64,000 nucleotides of DNA from a virus (IMGVR_UViG_3300042308_001049:32001-96000), one strand, 5' to 3'. Shown: positions 27,301 through 39,455, numbered from the stretch's first letter. The notes: a model not told the origin generated them from the letters alone. Translations and numbers: made by a program.

Positions 27301-29866
27301 CTATGACTTAAACGACTATATCCGTCTTATCAAATTCTTTGATAATTCGTTATTTAAGATGATTAAGGACTTTACTCCTGCTAGAGCATCTTTAGCTTCA
27401 GGAGTAGTTGTTAAGCAAACTCTTTTAGAAAGAAACAAATACCCACAACCAGAGGTAGAATGGGCTAAGTATGATTATTCTGGTTCTATAAATACAGCTT
27501 TTATCTCAGGTGGTGCAGGAGGTTCAGTAAATAAATTAAACGGTTTAAACACTAACCCATATTACTTAGCTAATGGTTTATCTAATAATTACGGTTTAAC
27601 TCAAAGTTGGGTTGAAGGAGTTGTAAACACCTATGGCTTAGCTTATGTTTCTCGTTCAACCCAAGAAGAATTTTATAACGGTGAGTATAGTGGTTCAAGT
27701 TTTGTAGTTGAAAATGGTGAGTTAAATGAGGCTAACCCTTATAAACAACCTGTTACTCAACCTCTATTTTATGATGTAACTGTATACGATTCAAGAGCTA
27801 TCTCAGCGGGAACATACTTAAGCACATATTTTACCACCCCAGGCCAAATAAATATTTGGTTTGAAGAGGGACCACCTCCTAGTCCTGTTGATGATCCTAT
27901 TTTTATCCCACCCGGCCTTCAATATGGTCCAACTTATGCTAAAATAAGTTATGAGGATAAAAACTCAGTATATTCTAAGACTGAGATTCTTAATATGTCG
28001 GAATTTACTTTAATTGTTCCTAATACTTCTGTTCCTAGAACTTTTAAAGTTATAAATGCTATAGATGAAGCTGATATAAGAGCAGTTTTAACTTTACTAC
28101 CAGATGGAGGTACAGTTACAAATAATGCCTCATCTACTGATGTTTTGGTTTCAATTGAACCTTATTTACCTGAAGTATTTGTTAACTCAGATTATAATGT
28201 ATTAATTAATAATAGTGAATTAAACAGACCAAGTCAATTCATTCAACAAGTTGATTACACAACAGATCAATTAGTTCCTGTTAATTTTGCCCAGATCATT
28301 TCAGGTTCTGCTTTCCTAGCATCTATTCCTGATTCAAACTATACTATGAGAAAGCATATCTATCCAAGATATGTTGGTAGTAAAAACACAACAGATGATT
28401 TTAATATAGCATCAGTAAACACTGCTAATGATATAGAAATTAGTCAAAATGTTGATTTAGGAAACACACAACTTGGTTTACCATCTGTAGATCTAAACAG
28501 AACATATTTTGCCTACTTTAACTGGGCAGGTGGTACTGCACCAGAATGGGGTAATATCTACGAGGATAAAACTACGTATAATTTACGTTATATAATCGAT
28601 GAAAATGGAAATATTATACGCCCACTAAATGACTCGACAGGCATTAACTTAGGTATAATTAACCAGAATTTCACCGAAAATACTACAGCAGTATCAGCTT
28701 TAACTAATACTAATATATTTGGAACTAATCTTTCAATATTAAATGGATCATATAATATTTTTAAGAGTGGTAAAACAATCCAACCTATCCTTTACAGTCA
28801 AACTCAAAGCTATGATGGAAATGGAAATGTGTTAGGATATGGTTTTACTAGTTCAATCAATTTTAATATTCAGTTAGGTACAACAGGGGTCACAAATTTT
28901 GCATTTAATGCTTATAAAACTAGTGCTCAAAGTTATACCTCAACATCTGATACTCTTATAACATTCCCTAACGAATCATTTGATTATACAAGTGCGTATA
29001 ATACAGGAACTTCAATATATACTTTCACCCAAGATACTAATACAGCTGTTTCATTTATAGCTAATTTAAGAACTTCAGTATCATATGTTTATGATCCCGA
29101 AACCTCCCGACCTCAAAAAGTTAGTGTAACATTTGCTATTCAAAGATCAACTGATGGGGGTACTACATGGAATAGTTTAACAACTGGTGGAGCTACATTT
29201 AGTCAGGATTCTGGTGGAGTTAAAACTATTACTATGGTTACCCCATTCCGAAATTTTAATATAAATGATCAAATTAGAGTAGTATCCACAGGATATATTA
29301 TTAGACCTAATGACCCTGACAACCCCACAGCTACAATTAATATAAGTGCAACTAACACTTACTTTACAAATAAACAAGCACAAGGTGGATTTACAGTCCC
29401 AACAGCTTCAGTTACACCAACTCAAAATTATTGGGAGACAGGATCTGTAACTAGTACAGTTTTAACAGCATCTCTTGAATTAACAAATCTATATGGTTAC
29501 TATGCTTCTGGTATAGAAGATAGTGGATTCAGCTCTATAAACTATCCATTTACAATCCAACCATACGACGAGATAAGATTTGAAGCAATTGAACCAAACG
29601 CTTATACAATAATTTCAGCATCTCTTGATGACAAATTATATTTATATCTTGATAAGGCTATATCACCAACAGGTAGTAATGCTAATTTCTTCCTAATTAG
29701 AAGATATGTTGATGATCCTGCTTTTATTGTCCTAGATGTGGATAAACCTGCTGGTGATTCTGGTGAAGGAATTTTAAAACCAGAATATATAGCGGGTCGC
29801 GTTGAAGGTAAAATAGATCAAATATTAGAGAATCTACAAGAAAGAGGATTAATATCTCCTCAATAA
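24380..29866 (+). CDS. Large baseplate/tail structural protein, 1828 aa
   Basis: LLKKKGT...IQDLITVYGIP (gp7/P2-gpI-like), LamG-like and C1q-like beta-rich segments. Confidence 0.7.
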   Translation: MANTVTINNIPSNFFELQDYSIQDDNLITNSTVQSTFDPLQNYVSYFIYNLNNEIIYSNEAGFSGWSFINGQVYLDPQRDLERVGFTIGEYNTLYTFLNNEASSSIFNQYYIETISPDRTEIRLNTTQILNANVINGVNALATKIQNSPLTYFDFYLNFGENQLVIANNILLDTTNPNDPTVLIKLYEPLPINFTLKDECWIVTQVAQPIAYNINIVEIFEPLSDLTYLKGPNLNLNVKDQINNSTAYTNYDTLSSSTYAAGPNNLQYQVNSILAERGVEINIDYSDYSNFIYFSSALTRLENFYYKLQLIEEYSYSASLSNLAGSSAQVVTSKNIWEEKINEIITTFDGYDYYLYYSSGSTAWPKTNSVYPYNNATTDSVAGLTFIQSQSLVAADYDENNNNALINAIPAYLREDEANAQYELFIEMLGEMFDNIWIYYQDVTEKWNADNRLQYGVSKDIVADVLRDLGLKIYQSSFGSADLYTALLGVTPSGSDFPFPYMTGSLPTPTGFEYINSSISASNGAVPLEDIEKGTYKRLYHNLPLLLKKKGTTVGIQDLITVYGIPSTILRVAEFGGKDKDESNDWDYYKQRYNYKFDTRTNGWIQTEWALNSDWGVTPAKSLEFRFKTPGLNSALSFVNQSLWSLDDGSLTKIVLEYTGSGYASGSYSGSIANPYNEYANLKLIIGSDSASVYLPFFDGDWWSVGVTVDHSNGSANFTLYAANNIYNGNDGSTIGFIASSSVNTSNSTWNAGTTSYFPSDSRNNIGKYRPFTGSYQEIRYYTEVITDSLFRDYTMNPDSVESTSTDPELTKLAFRASLGGELYTGSVSIHPKVTGSWVATSSFASDSNFTVTGGDYTSNTETVYLDQPAAGIKNIVSNKIQVVDMNLPSGSTLSQYRSIQQQPPGGSTYTENLAYTEVAFSPQNEINDDIMDQLGFFNMGDYIGDPRQRFNQDTSYPDLDKLRNAYFEKYIGNYDLNDYIRLIKFFDNSLFKMIKDFTPARASLASGVVVKQTLLERNKYPQPEVEWAKYDYSGSINTAFISGGAGGSVNKLNGLNTNPYYLANGLSNNYGLTQSWVEGVVNTYGLAYVSRSTQEEFYNGEYSGSSFVVENGELNEANPYKQPVTQPLFYDVTVYDSRAISAGTYLSTYFTTPGQINIWFEEGPPPSPVDDPIFIPPGLQYGPTYAKISYEDKNSVYSKTEILNMSEFTLIVPNTSVPRTFKVINAIDEADIRAVLTLLPDGGTVTNNASSTDVLVSIEPYLPEVFVNSDYNVLINNSELNRPSQFIQQVDYTTDQLVPVNFAQIISGSAFLASIPDSNYTMRKHIYPRYVGSKNTTDDFNIASVNTANDIEISQNVDLGNTQLGLPSVDLNRTYFAYFNWAGGTAPEWGNIYEDKTTYNLRYIIDENGNIIRPLNDSTGINLGIINQNFTENTTAVSALTNTNIFGTNLSILNGSYNIFKSGKTIQPILYSQTQSYDGNGNVLGYGFTSSINFNIQLGTTGVTNFAFNAYKTSAQSYTSTSDTLITFPNESFDYTSAYNTGTSIYTFTQDTNTAVSFIANLRTSVSYVYDPETSRPQKVSVTFAIQRSTDGGTTWNSLTTGGATFSQDSGGVKTITMVTPFRNFNINDQIRVVSTGYIIRPNDPDNPTATINISATNTYFTNKQAQGGFTVPTASVTPTQNYWETGSVTSTVLTASLELTNLYGYYASGIEDSGFSSINYPFTIQPYDEIRFEAIEPNAYTIISASLDDKLYLYLDKAISPTGSNANFFLIRRYVDDPAFIVLDVDKPAGDSGEGILKPEYIAGRVEGKIDQILENLQERGLISPQ

Positions 29867-29869
29867 TAT

Positions 29870-32800
29870 ATGGGTGAACAAAGAATAGTAAATAAACGTC
29901 TTGACACTGATGGAGGTGCTTGGATTGATAGACGTTTGGCTTTCAATAAGGAAAACCTTTCAGTCTTAGATCAAGGTTGGAATGATTATGCTTTAACTAT
30001 TGATGAGTTTGGGGTTACTTCTTTAACTCCTTTAAGTAATCAGTTTTTTTGTATTCAATATGAGTATACTTCTAGTATTGATACTTTACTTAACCCATCA
30101 AGTAGCCACTTTTCTTTAAATAGTTTAACTTCATCATTAGTAACCACAGCTTCCTTTAACTATACTAGTTCAGCAGGATTACCTATGCTGTCATATTTTC
30201 AAATGACAGACCCAGTTTATAGTGGATCTTTAACTATTGTTAATAAAACTGATGCAAGTAAATTTGTAATTTTTGAATTTGATGGTTTTGTTAATAAAAC
30301 ATCATTTGGAGAATTTCATTTTGTTTCATCTTCAAATAATACTAGACTCTCCTCTTCAGCTTTTATAACTGATATATTTACAGATGATACTCCTGTTTGT
30401 ATAAGTTTAGATTTTTTTGGAGCTGGGGCAGGTGGGGGAGGTAGTGTAGGTCCACAAGGAGCACAGGGTGCACAGGGTGCCCAAGGTTCCCAAGGTACTC
30501 AGGGTGCCCAAGGTCTACAAGGCGCCCAAGGCGCTCAAGGACTACAAGGTGCTCAAGGAGCACAAGGCGCAAATGGTTCACAAGGTGCACAAGGAGGAAC
30601 AGGTGCCCAAGGCTCTCAAGGTCTACAAGGAGCACAAGGTGCTCAAGGAGATATAGGAGCCCAAGGTGCCCAAGGAACACAAGGTCTACAAGGAGCACAA
30701 GGCGCTCAAGGAGACACAGGTGCTCAAGGAGCACAGGGTGCAACTGGTTCACAAGGTGCAACTGGTTCACAAGGCGCACAAGGAGACACAGGAGCTCAAG
30801 GTGCACAAGGTGCTCAAGGAGATACAGGTGCCCAAGGCGCTCAAGGAGATATAGGAGCACAAGGTGCCCAAGGCGCTACAGGTGCCCAAGGAGGAACAGG
30901 AGCACAAGGTGCAACAGGCGCTCAAGGCGCACAGGGTGCTATAGGTGCCCAAGGTACTCAGGGTTTACAAGGCGCTCAAGGTGCGCAGGGAGACATAGGA
31001 GCTCAAGGTGCACAAGGTAATACAGGTGCACAAGGTGCTCAAGGCGCTCAAGGTGCGCAGGGAGACATAGGAGCTCAAGGTGCACAAGGTAATACAGGTG
31101 CACAAGGTGCTCAAGGCGTGCAAGGTGCCCAAGGAGGAACAGGTGCACAAGGTGCTCAAGGTCTACAAGGCGCTCAAGGTGCTCAAGGCGCCCAAGGAGA
31201 CATAGGAGCTCAAGGCGCCCAAGGTGCTACAGGTGCTCAAGGTTTACAAGGCGCCCAAGGCGCCCAAGGAGACACAGGAGCACAAGGTGCTCAAGGTGCT
31301 CAAGGAGATACAGGTGCTCAAGGTTTACAAGGCGCCCAAGGAGACACAGGAGCACAAGGCGCACAAGGTTTACAAGGCGCTCAAGGCGCACAAGGTTTAC
31401 AAGGCGCTCAAGGCGCCCAAGGAGACATAGGAGCTCAAGGTGCTCAAGGTTTACAAGGCGCCCAAGGCGCCCAAGGAGACATAGGAGCTCAAGGCGCCCA
31501 AGGAGACATAGGAGCTCAAGGTGCTCAAGGTTTACAAGGCGCCCAAGGCGCCCAAGGAGACATAGGAGCTCAAGGCGCCCAAGGTTTACAAGGCGCTCAA
31601 GGTGCACAAGGTTTACAAGGTGCTCAAGGTGCTCAGGGAGCACAAGGTCTACAAGGAGCACAGGGCGCCCAAGGTGCACAAGGAGGAACAGGTGCTCAAG
31701 GTGCGCAGGGAGCACAAGGTCTACAAGGAGCACAGGGCGCCCAAGGTGCACAAGGAGGAACAGGTGCCCAAGGTGCTCAGGGAGCACAAGGAGCACAAGG
31801 TTTACAAGGAGCTCAAGGCGCTCAAGGAGCCACTGGTGCTCAAGGTGCACAGGGAGCTCAAGGTGCTCAAGGAGGAACAGGAGCTCAAGGTGCTCAAGGT
31901 TTACAAGGAGCACAGGGTGCACAGGGTGCGACAGGCTCCCAAGGTGCTCAGGGTGCTCAAGGTGCTCAAGGAGGAACAGGAGCACAAGGAGCACAAGGTT
32001 TACAAGGAGCTCAAGGCGCTCAAGGAGCCACTGGTGCTCAAGGTGCACAGGGAGCTCAAGGTGCTCAAGGAGGAACAGGAGCACAGGGTGCCCAAGGAGG
32101 AACAGGAGCACAAGGTGCACAGGGTGCTACAGGTGCCCAAGGAGCCCAGGGTGCTCAAGGTGCTCAAGGCACTACTGGACCTACAGGAGCCCAAGGTGCT
32201 ACTGGTAATCAACTTGATATTTACTACACTGGATCTCTTACTAGGGCAGATGTTGATTTTATAAATTTTGTAGATCAACTCTATGCTATACCATCAGGTT
32301 CAACTGGGGTTGAAGTAGGAATTAATCCTCCAGGATTAGATAAAGAAGTATATTTTAAATCAGGTAGTGAATGGCATGCTACTGCTAGTTTGTATTATGA
32401 TTATGATAATACTACTTTATATATCTCTAAAAGTTATGACTCAAGAGATCCCGGGGTATTAGGATTAATTGTAACTAGCTCTGAAGTAGGAGATGCCCAG
32501 TTTGTTAGGGTTGGGCCTCCTATAGGAAATGGTAGAAATAATTCATATGCTCAAATAGGAGGACTTGAGATTAATGGTGGTGGATTTATTGGAGGTAGAA
32601 CACCTAATAGCTCATCAGGAATTTGGGTAAATCTAAATAATGATGAAAGAATAACTATTCCTACTTCTATAAGCCCTTATTTAATAATAGGCAGTGATTA
32701 CGCTAGGTCTAGATTTATAAGTTTAGCTATTTCTGCCTCAGCAGGACTAGCTAGTTTAAATGACAAATGGTCGTTTGTAGCTGATTCTCAGTTTACTAAA

Positions 32801-35161
32801 CCTCGATTAATTACATCTGCTTCTTTAGCTATATCAAGCTCAGGACAAATATATGGACCTCATATATCTAATATTACTCAACCTCATTTAATTGGATTTA
32901 ATACATCCTCTGGAGAATGGACATATTTTTCTTCTTCCCTTTTACCTTTCTCTAATGTTAACATCTATAACTCAGATGGTTCTTTAACAGGAAATAGAAC
33001 TGCTGATTTAAACAGCTATAATCTATCATTTACCTCAAGTATAGCCACAATTTCTCCATCTAACCAACCTGTTTTATTCTTAAGTTCATCAGGAATAATT
33101 GGTATGGGAACTAATACTCCTGCTAGTAATCTCCATGTTTTAGGAACAGGATTTGGTAATTCTAATGTAGGTATTACTGTTACTTCTCAAGCACAAGAAA
33201 ATGAAGTATTCCTTTTACTATCCGAAGAAGGAGCTACAACTACTCAAGGTACAAGAATAACTTATGACTCTGATTCTAGTATAGCAGCTACATATTTTAA
33301 TAATATAAGAACTGTTGGTGGAAATGGTACTTCATTTGAATTCCAATCCGGTAATTATGGAAGTGGTACTCAATTAGTTACTTTCCGTAGAGATGGAAAA
33401 GTCGGATTAAAATACGATACAGCATATTTCAATGGCACACCACCAAATGCTTTATTATTTGTTTCAGGTAATATCCATGCTTTAATCCCTTCATCATCAC
33501 AATCTAATATATTAGGTTATAATACAACTACAGGATTATTTTCTTATTTTAGTACAGGATCTATAATAGCAACTGCTCCTAACATTTATAATAGTGATGG
33601 CACTTTAACAGGAAACAGAACTGTTTTAGCTATTGATGATATTCTAATGTTTAGATTATCAGGTAGTAGTGAATTTCATATATCAGATGGAGCTATAGCT
33701 GGACCTAATTCGTATGATTTCTTTATATCAGGTGGTGGGATATTTGCTCAAAATTTATTACCTAATATAACCACCCCTAATGTTGTAGGTTTTAACCTAA
33801 GTACAGGACGATTAACATATTATAGTACTAGTTCATTTGGTGGATCTGTTAATACTGGTTCTTTATTAGTAACCGGCTCTGTATCTAATGCTACTTTAAC
33901 ATTTACTAAAGGTAATGGAAGTACTTTCCCTCTAACTATAAATAATGTTAACAATGCTGTAAGTGCCTCATTTGCTACTACTGCTTCATTTGCTCCTAAT
34001 ATTTACAATTCAGATGGTACTCTAACAGGAAATAGAACAGTTAATTTCCCTTCTAATACTTTTCTAAAATTTAGAGCAAACAATCCAGGAGCTATATTCC
34101 AGGTAGATTCCTCAACTAGTGGTGATGTAATAATTACTAATTTACCTTCAGGCATTTCTAGTTCTTTACTAGCATATAATACTGCTACAGGTAAGGTAAT
34201 ATCTATGGCTACTAGTTCTATTCAAAATGTTGTTAGTGCTTCATTTGCAACTAGTGCCTCATTTGCAACTACAGCATCATTCGCTAATTTAGCTGCGTCT
34301 GTATCTCAATATTTCATTGAAGTAACAGATGAAGGAACTGATATAGGAGGCCCATTTACTACTCTTAACTTTACAGGTTCAGGGGTAATTGCTAGTAACG
34401 CTGGTGGGGGTGTAGTTGATATCTTTGTAGCCTCCTCTGGTAGTGGTGGTGGAGGTACACCTGGAGGATCGGATGGTCAAATACAGTATAATAATGGAGG
34501 ATCATTTGGGGGAGCTATTTCAATGTCATATGATGATGTTAATAGTAGAGTAGGTATTGGTACTTCATTCCCTGGACATACTTTAACAGTAGTTGGTGCT
34601 ATCTCTATTACAGGATCTAACTTAAATTCTACATCTTTAAGATTCCAGGATACAGGAGGAACTTCTAGAAATGCTATGTTTGTAAGTTCTTCAAACTGGT
34701 TAACTGTAGGTAATATTAATTATACAGGTGTAGATTTAATAAAAAGTGCTAGAATTAGTGGATCTCTTTTTGACTCAAATAATAGCTCAGGTAGTGCTAA
34801 TCAAGTACTTACTTCAACAGCTACTGGTATAGCTTGGGCTACCGGAGGTGGGGGTAGTGTATCAGGTTCACAATATTTTATCCCATACTTCAGTTCATCT
34901 ACAGTACTTGGAGATACAACAAACTATTTTGAACCTTCATTTGGATTTACAGCATTTAACGGAAATACTCCCAGATCAGTTGTAGACATAGACAATACAG
35001 CAGAACCTGCTAATGGTTTTAGAATTAGAGAACCTTACACTCCTACAGGTAATAGCGATAGTAATGGCTTCCAGGGACAGATAACTTGGGATGAAGATTA
35101 TTTATATGTTAAAACCGCTGCTAATGGTTGGAAACGAGTTCTATTAGATGGTTCTTTCTAA
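29870..35161 (+). CDS. Collagen-like tail fibre, 1763 aa
   Basis: About 195 G-X-Y triplets; three NIYNSDG(T/S)LTGNRT motifs; C-terminal [16 protein letters not shown]. Confidence 0.85.
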   Translation: MGEQRIVNKRLDTDGGAWIDRRLAFNKENLSVLDQGWNDYALTIDEFGVTSLTPLSNQFFCIQYEYTSSIDTLLNPSSSHFSLNSLTSSLVTTASFNYTSSAGLPMLSYFQMTDPVYSGSLTIVNKTDASKFVIFEFDGFVNKTSFGEFHFVSSSNNTRLSSSAFITDIFTDDTPVCISLDFFGAGAGGGGSVGPQGAQGAQGAQGSQGTQGAQGLQGAQGAQGLQGAQGAQGANGSQGAQGGTGAQGSQGLQGAQGAQGDIGAQGAQGTQGLQGAQGAQGDTGAQGAQGATGSQGATGSQGAQGDTGAQGAQGAQGDTGAQGAQGDIGAQGAQGATGAQGGTGAQGATGAQGAQGAIGAQGTQGLQGAQGAQGDIGAQGAQGNTGAQGAQGAQGAQGDIGAQGAQGNTGAQGAQGVQGAQGGTGAQGAQGLQGAQGAQGAQGDIGAQGAQGATGAQGLQGAQGAQGDTGAQGAQGAQGDTGAQGLQGAQGDTGAQGAQGLQGAQGAQGLQGAQGAQGDIGAQGAQGLQGAQGAQGDIGAQGAQGDIGAQGAQGLQGAQGAQGDIGAQGAQGLQGAQGAQGLQGAQGAQGAQGLQGAQGAQGAQGGTGAQGAQGAQGLQGAQGAQGAQGGTGAQGAQGAQGAQGLQGAQGAQGATGAQGAQGAQGAQGGTGAQGAQGLQGAQGAQGATGSQGAQGAQGAQGGTGAQGAQGLQGAQGAQGATGAQGAQGAQGAQGGTGAQGAQGGTGAQGAQGATGAQGAQGAQGAQGTTGPTGAQGATGNQLDIYYTGSLTRADVDFINFVDQLYAIPSGSTGVEVGINPPGLDKEVYFKSGSEWHATASLYYDYDNTTLYISKSYDSRDPGVLGLIVTSSEVGDAQFVRVGPPIGNGRNNSYAQIGGLEINGGGFIGGRTPNSSSGIWVNLNNDERITIPTSISPYLIIGSDYARSRFISLAISASAGLASLNDKWSFVADSQFTKPRLITSASLAISSSGQIYGPHISNITQPHLIGFNTSSGEWTYFSSSLLPFSNVNIYNSDGSLTGNRTADLNSYNLSFTSSIATISPSNQPVLFLSSSGIIGMGTNTPASNLHVLGTGFGNSNVGITVTSQAQENEVFLLLSEEGATTTQGTRITYDSDSSIAATYFNNIRTVGGNGTSFEFQSGNYGSGTQLVTFRRDGKVGLKYDTAYFNGTPPNALLFVSGNIHALIPSSSQSNILGYNTTTGLFSYFSTGSIIATAPNIYNSDGTLTGNRTVLAIDDILMFRLSGSSEFHISDGAIAGPNSYDFFISGGGIFAQNLLPNITTPNVVGFNLSTGRLTYYSTSSFGGSVNTGSLLVTGSVSNATLTFTKGNGSTFPLTINNVNNAVSASFATTASFAPNIYNSDGTLTGNRTVNFPSNTFLKFRANNPGAIFQVDSSTSGDVIITNLPSGISSSLLAYNTATGKVISMATSSIQNVVSASFATSASFATTASFANLAASVSQYFIEVTDEGTDIGGPFTTLNFTGSGVIASNAGGGVVDIFVASSGSGGGGTPGGSDGQIQYNNGGSFGGAISMSYDDVNSRVGIGTSFPGHTLTVVGAISITGSNLNSTSLRFQDTGGTSRNAMFVSSSNWLTVGNINYTGVDLIKSARISGSLFDSNNSSGSANQVLTSTATGIAWATGGGGSVSGSQYFIPYFSSSTVLGDTTNYFEPSFGFTAFNGNTPRSVVDIDNTAEPANGFRIREPYTPTGNSDSNGFQGQITWDEDYLYVKTAANGWKRVLLDGSF
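30449..32205 (+). repeat. 9-bp GGN-GCN-CAR collagen tandem repeat
   Basis: GAQ-dominated triplets. Confidence 0.95.
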
Positions 35162-35225
35162 TTTAAACGTGCCACTAATTTTTTCTTTTTGTATATTTAT
35201 AACAAAACCTAGACTTTAAACAACA

Positions 35226-35879
35226 ATGGGATATTTAAATAACGCAGTAGTAACAGTAGATGCTATCTTAACAGATAAGGGTAGAGAGTTACTTGCTAAA
35301 AATGACGGTACATTCCGTATTACTCAATTTGCTTTATCTGATGATGAGATTGATTATACTCTTTATAATCCAACCAATCCTTCAGGTTCAGCTTATTATG
35401 GTCAAGCAATTGAAAACATGCCTCTTCTAGAAGCATTTCCACTTGTAACTCAAGAAATGAAGTATGTGTTGACTACACTACCACGTGGAACTTCCAAAAT
35501 GCCAGTACTAGATTTGGGATACGCGGCAATTACTCTAAAACAAGGTGCTTCACTTGCTATTACACCTGAAACATTAAATTATTTAGGTGGTAATGCTACA
35601 TTTGAGTCTTCAGGTTATACAGCTACTATTTCAGATGTTAGAACATTAAGTCAATTTAATGGTGTAGGCATCAATACTCCAGATGCAACTGCTTTAAATC
35701 AAACTACAACAGTTGGTACTAACGTATCTAAAACAGTAATTGGTACTACAATCAACTTAACTGCAACTACTGTAAATACATTATTTGGTTCAAACAATAT
35801 TTTACAAGCTACTTTAACAGTAGTAGGTAGAGATTCAGGTGCTCGTTTAACAATCCCAGTAACTATTACAAAACAATAA
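35226..35879 (+). CDS. Virion structural protein
   Basis: LTDKGRELLA...ITQFALSDDEIDY. Confidence 0.7.
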   Translation: MGYLNNAVVTVDAILTDKGRELLAKNDGTFRITQFALSDDEIDYTLYNPTNPSGSAYYGQAIENMPLLEAFPLVTQEMKYVLTTLPRGTSKMPVLDLGYAAITLKQGASLAITPETLNYLGGNATFESSGYTATISDVRTLSQFNGVGINTPDATALNQTTTVGTNVSKTVIGTTINLTATTVNTLFGSNNILQATLTVVGRDSGARLTIPVTITKQ

Positions 35880-35888
35880 GATTAAGAT

Positions 35889-36902
35889 ATGTCATTCAAA
35901 AGATTAACCCCATCCGATTTCTTAGTCTCAGCTGACTCAGTTACAGCACCTTGTTGGACAAATAATGTTTATAACTTAACTACATTTTTTACTAGTTCAG
36001 TTCAAGTAAACAGTTCACAGGGTAGCTATGTTTTAGCAACTTACCAAACTGCGTCTACTTTAGATACAGCTGCCATCCAATTTTATGTTGGGTACGCTAA
36101 TGCTGTAGGTTCAGGCTCGGTACCATACGATGCAAATGTTGTAGGGTATTCACCATCTAAAACTTTATATGGTCAATATCGTAATTTACTTTTAGAAGAT
36201 GAAAACTCTTCATTTATATTTGGTAATGTTACCCAATCAGCCTTCCATATTATTTCTGTAGAAAGAGCAAATTATAAACAATCTCTTTTTCCAGGTTCAC
36301 TTAATTTAACTTTAACTAAAAGTGGTACTACACTTAAATTAACAGATAATAGTAATGATGTTTCTGTAGTACCTTATGTTAATGGAACCCGTGTTTACCA
36401 AATCGTATCAGGATCTAATGGTTCAGCTTATACTGGAACAGGGTACTCAACTAACTCAGGTTCATATGGTTGGTTTATTCCTGATATGGGAACTATCCTA
36501 TTGAACTCTGCCGCTTTAGCAGTTGCAGGTGGTGCTGGGGGTGGTATTGGTTTAACAGTCACTACTACTAATTCAAATAATACTGCTAACTATGAAGCTT
36601 TATTTGATGCTATTCAAACTGGTGCTTCATTCACTTTAAACTCTCAAGAAAATATCACCTCAGATTATGTGTTTATAAGACCACAGAATGCTGAGTTTAA
36701 TTATACAACTAATCCATCATTTATCTCAGGTTCAACTGGTGAGGTGATTTATTCATCATTTATAAACAATCCACAAACATATATTACAACTGTAGGTTTA
36801 TATAATGATGCAAATGAGTTGTTAGCTGTAGCTAAATTATCTAGACCACTAGTTAAAGACTTCACTAAAGAAGCCCTTATTAGAGTAAAGTTAGACTTCT
36901 AA
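35889..36902 (+). CDS. Baseplate/tail-collar-like protein
   Basis: C-terminal YITTVGLYNDANELLAVAKLSRP (gpH/DUF3751-like). Confidence 0.7.
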   Translation: MSFKRLTPSDFLVSADSVTAPCWTNNVYNLTTFFTSSVQVNSSQGSYVLATYQTASTLDTAAIQFYVGYANAVGSGSVPYDANVVGYSPSKTLYGQYRNLLLEDENSSFIFGNVTQSAFHIISVERANYKQSLFPGSLNLTLTKSGTTLKLTDNSNDVSVVPYVNGTRVYQIVSGSNGSAYTGTGYSTNSGSYGWFIPDMGTILLNSAALAVAGGAGGGIGLTVTTTNSNNTANYEALFDAIQTGASFTLNSQENITSDYVFIRPQNAEFNYTTNPSFISGSTGEVIYSSFINNPQTYITTVGLYNDANELLAVAKLSRPLVKDFTKEALIRVKLDF

Positions 36903-36906
36903 ATGA

Positions 36907-37902
36907 ATGAGTGCTTGGAAACAATTTTTAGCCTCTGATATAATTGTTACACCGTTTACGGTTAACAAAGGTTTTGATTTTCCTTATTCACAATGGGCAA
37001 CTGGGTCTGATGGGCAGTTAGTTGGTATTGATAGATTTTTAGGTATAAATGTTAATTGGTTTGAGGATAAATCAACTACAGGTACTTTATCTACTGAATA
37101 CCAGGCTTTAATTTACCAATCAGCTAAACAATTATATTATAGTAATTTTATATCTTCTAGTACAGGAGATAATGTAGCTCAACCTGTATTATTTCTTGGT
37201 TCTAATCCAAGTGGAGATGTTTTAATTGGTGATGTACAAAGCCCACTATATGATAATTTTCTACCTAGTACTTTAATTCCAACTCGTTTTTTCCCTACAG
37301 CTTCAGGAGCCACTATAGGAGTTATCTCTATACCATCTAAACTATATGGTGATTACATAGTACCTAATACTTTTAGATTTACCTCAGCTAGTGTTTCTTT
37401 AATAGATGATGGAGAAGGTAATATTATAGTTGAAACTAACGGATCTAATTTTGGTAATATTATATATAGCCAAGGAATTATTATTTTAACCAATTCAGCT
37501 TCATATGCTGAAGGTAGTGGAGGTGGAGCTACTTTTGAGGGATATGGGTTTGATGAGTATGGAGTAAATGTTTATGGAGCAGGAGATGCTGTTCCATCTA
37601 TTACAAGTTTTTTAACTTCAACTAATGTCACTTGTTCTTTTTCAAGCTCAATAACTATTTATGAAGCGCAATATAAATGTACTATAAGAGAAAACGAATT
37701 TAATTTTACTTTAAATTCATCAGCTAGAGATAGTAATGGTAATTTAAATAGTAATGTAGCTGGTCCATTTTTCTCACCATATGTCACAACAGTAGGGTTA
37801 TATGATGAATTACAAAATTTATTAGCTGTAGGTAAATTAGCTCAACCATTACCAACTTCTAATACAACAGATTTAACAATTTTAGTAAATATAGATAAAT
37901 AA
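36907..37902 (+). CDS. Paralogous baseplate/tail-collar-like protein
   Basis: C-terminal YVTTVGLYDELQNLLAVGKLAQP. Confidence 0.7.
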   Translation: MSAWKQFLASDIIVTPFTVNKGFDFPYSQWATGSDGQLVGIDRFLGINVNWFEDKSTTGTLSTEYQALIYQSAKQLYYSNFISSSTGDNVAQPVLFLGSNPSGDVLIGDVQSPLYDNFLPSTLIPTRFFPTASGATIGVISIPSKLYGDYIVPNTFRFTSASVSLIDDGEGNIIVETNGSNFGNIIYSQGIIILTNSASYAEGSGGGATFEGYGFDEYGVNVYGAGDAVPSITSFLTSTNVTCSFSSSITIYEAQYKCTIRENEFNFTLNSSARDSNGNLNSNVAGPFFSPYVTTVGLYDELQNLLAVGKLAQPLPTSNTTDLTILVNIDK

Positions 37903-37903
37903 A

Positions 37904-38968
37904 ATGGCTCAAGTACTATCAAAAACTGGAATAACAACTTCAAATACTATTGAAGCCTGGCATGTTTCTCAATCAATAGATGCGTTTACAGGTGTGGCTG
38001 CTTATGATATTTCATTAAGTGGTAGTTTAGCTGTTACAGGATCTATTATAGCAACCCGAAGTGTTTTAGGGGCATTTACTGGGTCGTTTATGGGTAATTT
38101 GAGTGGTACTGCATTATTAGCCACAACAGCTTCATATGCTTTAACTTCGTCATTTGGGTCTACTTCTATAAGTGCTTCATATGCTTTAACATCGTCATTT
38201 GGGTTTACTTCTATAAGTGCTTCATATGCTCAAACTGCCTCATATGTTTTAAATGCTGTAAGTGCTTCATTTGCAACCTCAGCTTCTAGAGCAATTTCTT
38301 CTTCTTTCGCTACTACAGCGTCATTCGCTAGAGTCTTCCCTTACACCGGCTCAGCTATAATTTCAGGAGGATTAGAGGTTTATGGTAATTCTTTAATAAA
38401 TGGAGTTAATGTAGGTCTTAAAAATGTTTCAAGTACTCAATTAGGTAATGCTGCTTTATTCTCCCTAACTTCAGGAGATGGTAATACTGGTGTAGGATAT
38501 CAAGCTGGGAATAACCTTCAAGGAGGAGGTGGTAATACCGTTATAGGAGACTCAGCTTTACTTCAAGCATTTTCTGCAGATAATAATACAGCTATAGGAT
38601 TCTATTCTCTTTATAATATAACTACAGGAACTGGTAACATTGGTATAGGAGTAAATAACGGTTTCAATAATGATACTGGTAATTACAATATCTACATTGG
38701 TAACGAAGTATATGGTGTTTCTAATGAATCTAATAAATTAAGAATTCATAATTCTGTTTCCAACGTGACCAATCCTCTTATCTTAGGTGATTTCTCAACT
38801 AGAGATTTAACTATAAATGGAGACTTAATAGTATCAGGTTCACAAGTATTAACTTTAGTACCAACCCATCCACTCCCAACAGGTATTGCTACAGGGTCAT
38901 TTGCTGTGTCAGCAAGTATTCCTCCAAGACCATATATGTGGGATGGATCATCTTGGTATGCTTTATAA
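37904..38968 (+). CDS. Short tail fibre/adhesin
   Basis: ASYA/ASFA repeats and YadA-like NTAIG/NTVIG repeats. Confidence 0.7.
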   Translation: MAQVLSKTGITTSNTIEAWHVSQSIDAFTGVAAYDISLSGSLAVTGSIIATRSVLGAFTGSFMGNLSGTALLATTASYALTSSFGSTSISASYALTSSFGFTSISASYAQTASYVLNAVSASFATSASRAISSSFATTASFARVFPYTGSAIISGGLEVYGNSLINGVNVGLKNVSSTQLGNAALFSLTSGDGNTGVGYQAGNNLQGGGGNTVIGDSALLQAFSADNNTAIGFYSLYNITTGTGNIGIGVNNGFNNDTGNYNIYIGNEVYGVSNESNKLRIHNSVSNVTNPLILGDFSTRDLTINGDLIVSGSQVLTLVPTHPLPTGIATGSFAVSASIPPRPYMWDGSSWYAL

Positions 38969-38977
38969 ATAATTTTT

Positions 38978-39418
38978 ATGTGGTTATATAATGATAAAGA
39001 AGTATCCTGCCTAGATGATTTCCCAGTAGATACTTATGGTTTTATTTATAGAGTCACCCACAAACCAAGTGGGATGTCCTATATTGGTAAAAAATCGCTA
39101 CACCATAACGTAAAGAAAAAACTCACTAAAAAACAACTCGCTGAACAAACTGGTAGAGGTAGAAAACCTACTACTGAGGTGGTTCAGAAGGAAAGTGATT
39201 GGAAAACCTACTACGGCTCAGCTAAACCTATCCTAGAACTGATAAAAGGTGGAAGACAAGATGAGTTTGAAAGAACTATCTTACATTTGGTTCCAAATAA
39301 AAAATTATTAACTTACTATGAATGTAAGTATTTGTTTACATATGGTGTGTTAGAAAACCCATATGATTTCTATAACGATAATATTTTAGGTAAGTTTTTT
39401 ACAAAAGATTTTGCTTAG
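38978..39418 (+). CDS. GIY-YIG endonuclease-like protein
   Basis: YGFIYRVT...YIGKK, W..YYGS, FYNDNI. Confidence 0.75.
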   Translation: MWLYNDKEVSCLDDFPVDTYGFIYRVTHKPSGMSYIGKKSLHHNVKKKLTKKQLAEQTGRGRKPTTEVVQKESDWKTYYGSAKPILELIKGGRQDEFERTILHLVPNKKLLTYYECKYLFTYGVLENPYDFYNDNILGKFFTKDFA

Positions 39419-39455
39419 TTTTGCTTAGTAGGATATTTTTCGTATCTTACCGCGT

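Noticed and set aside
30378-32278. Long alternative-frame and antisense ORFs
   Set aside because: Artefacts of the stop-poor collagen repeat
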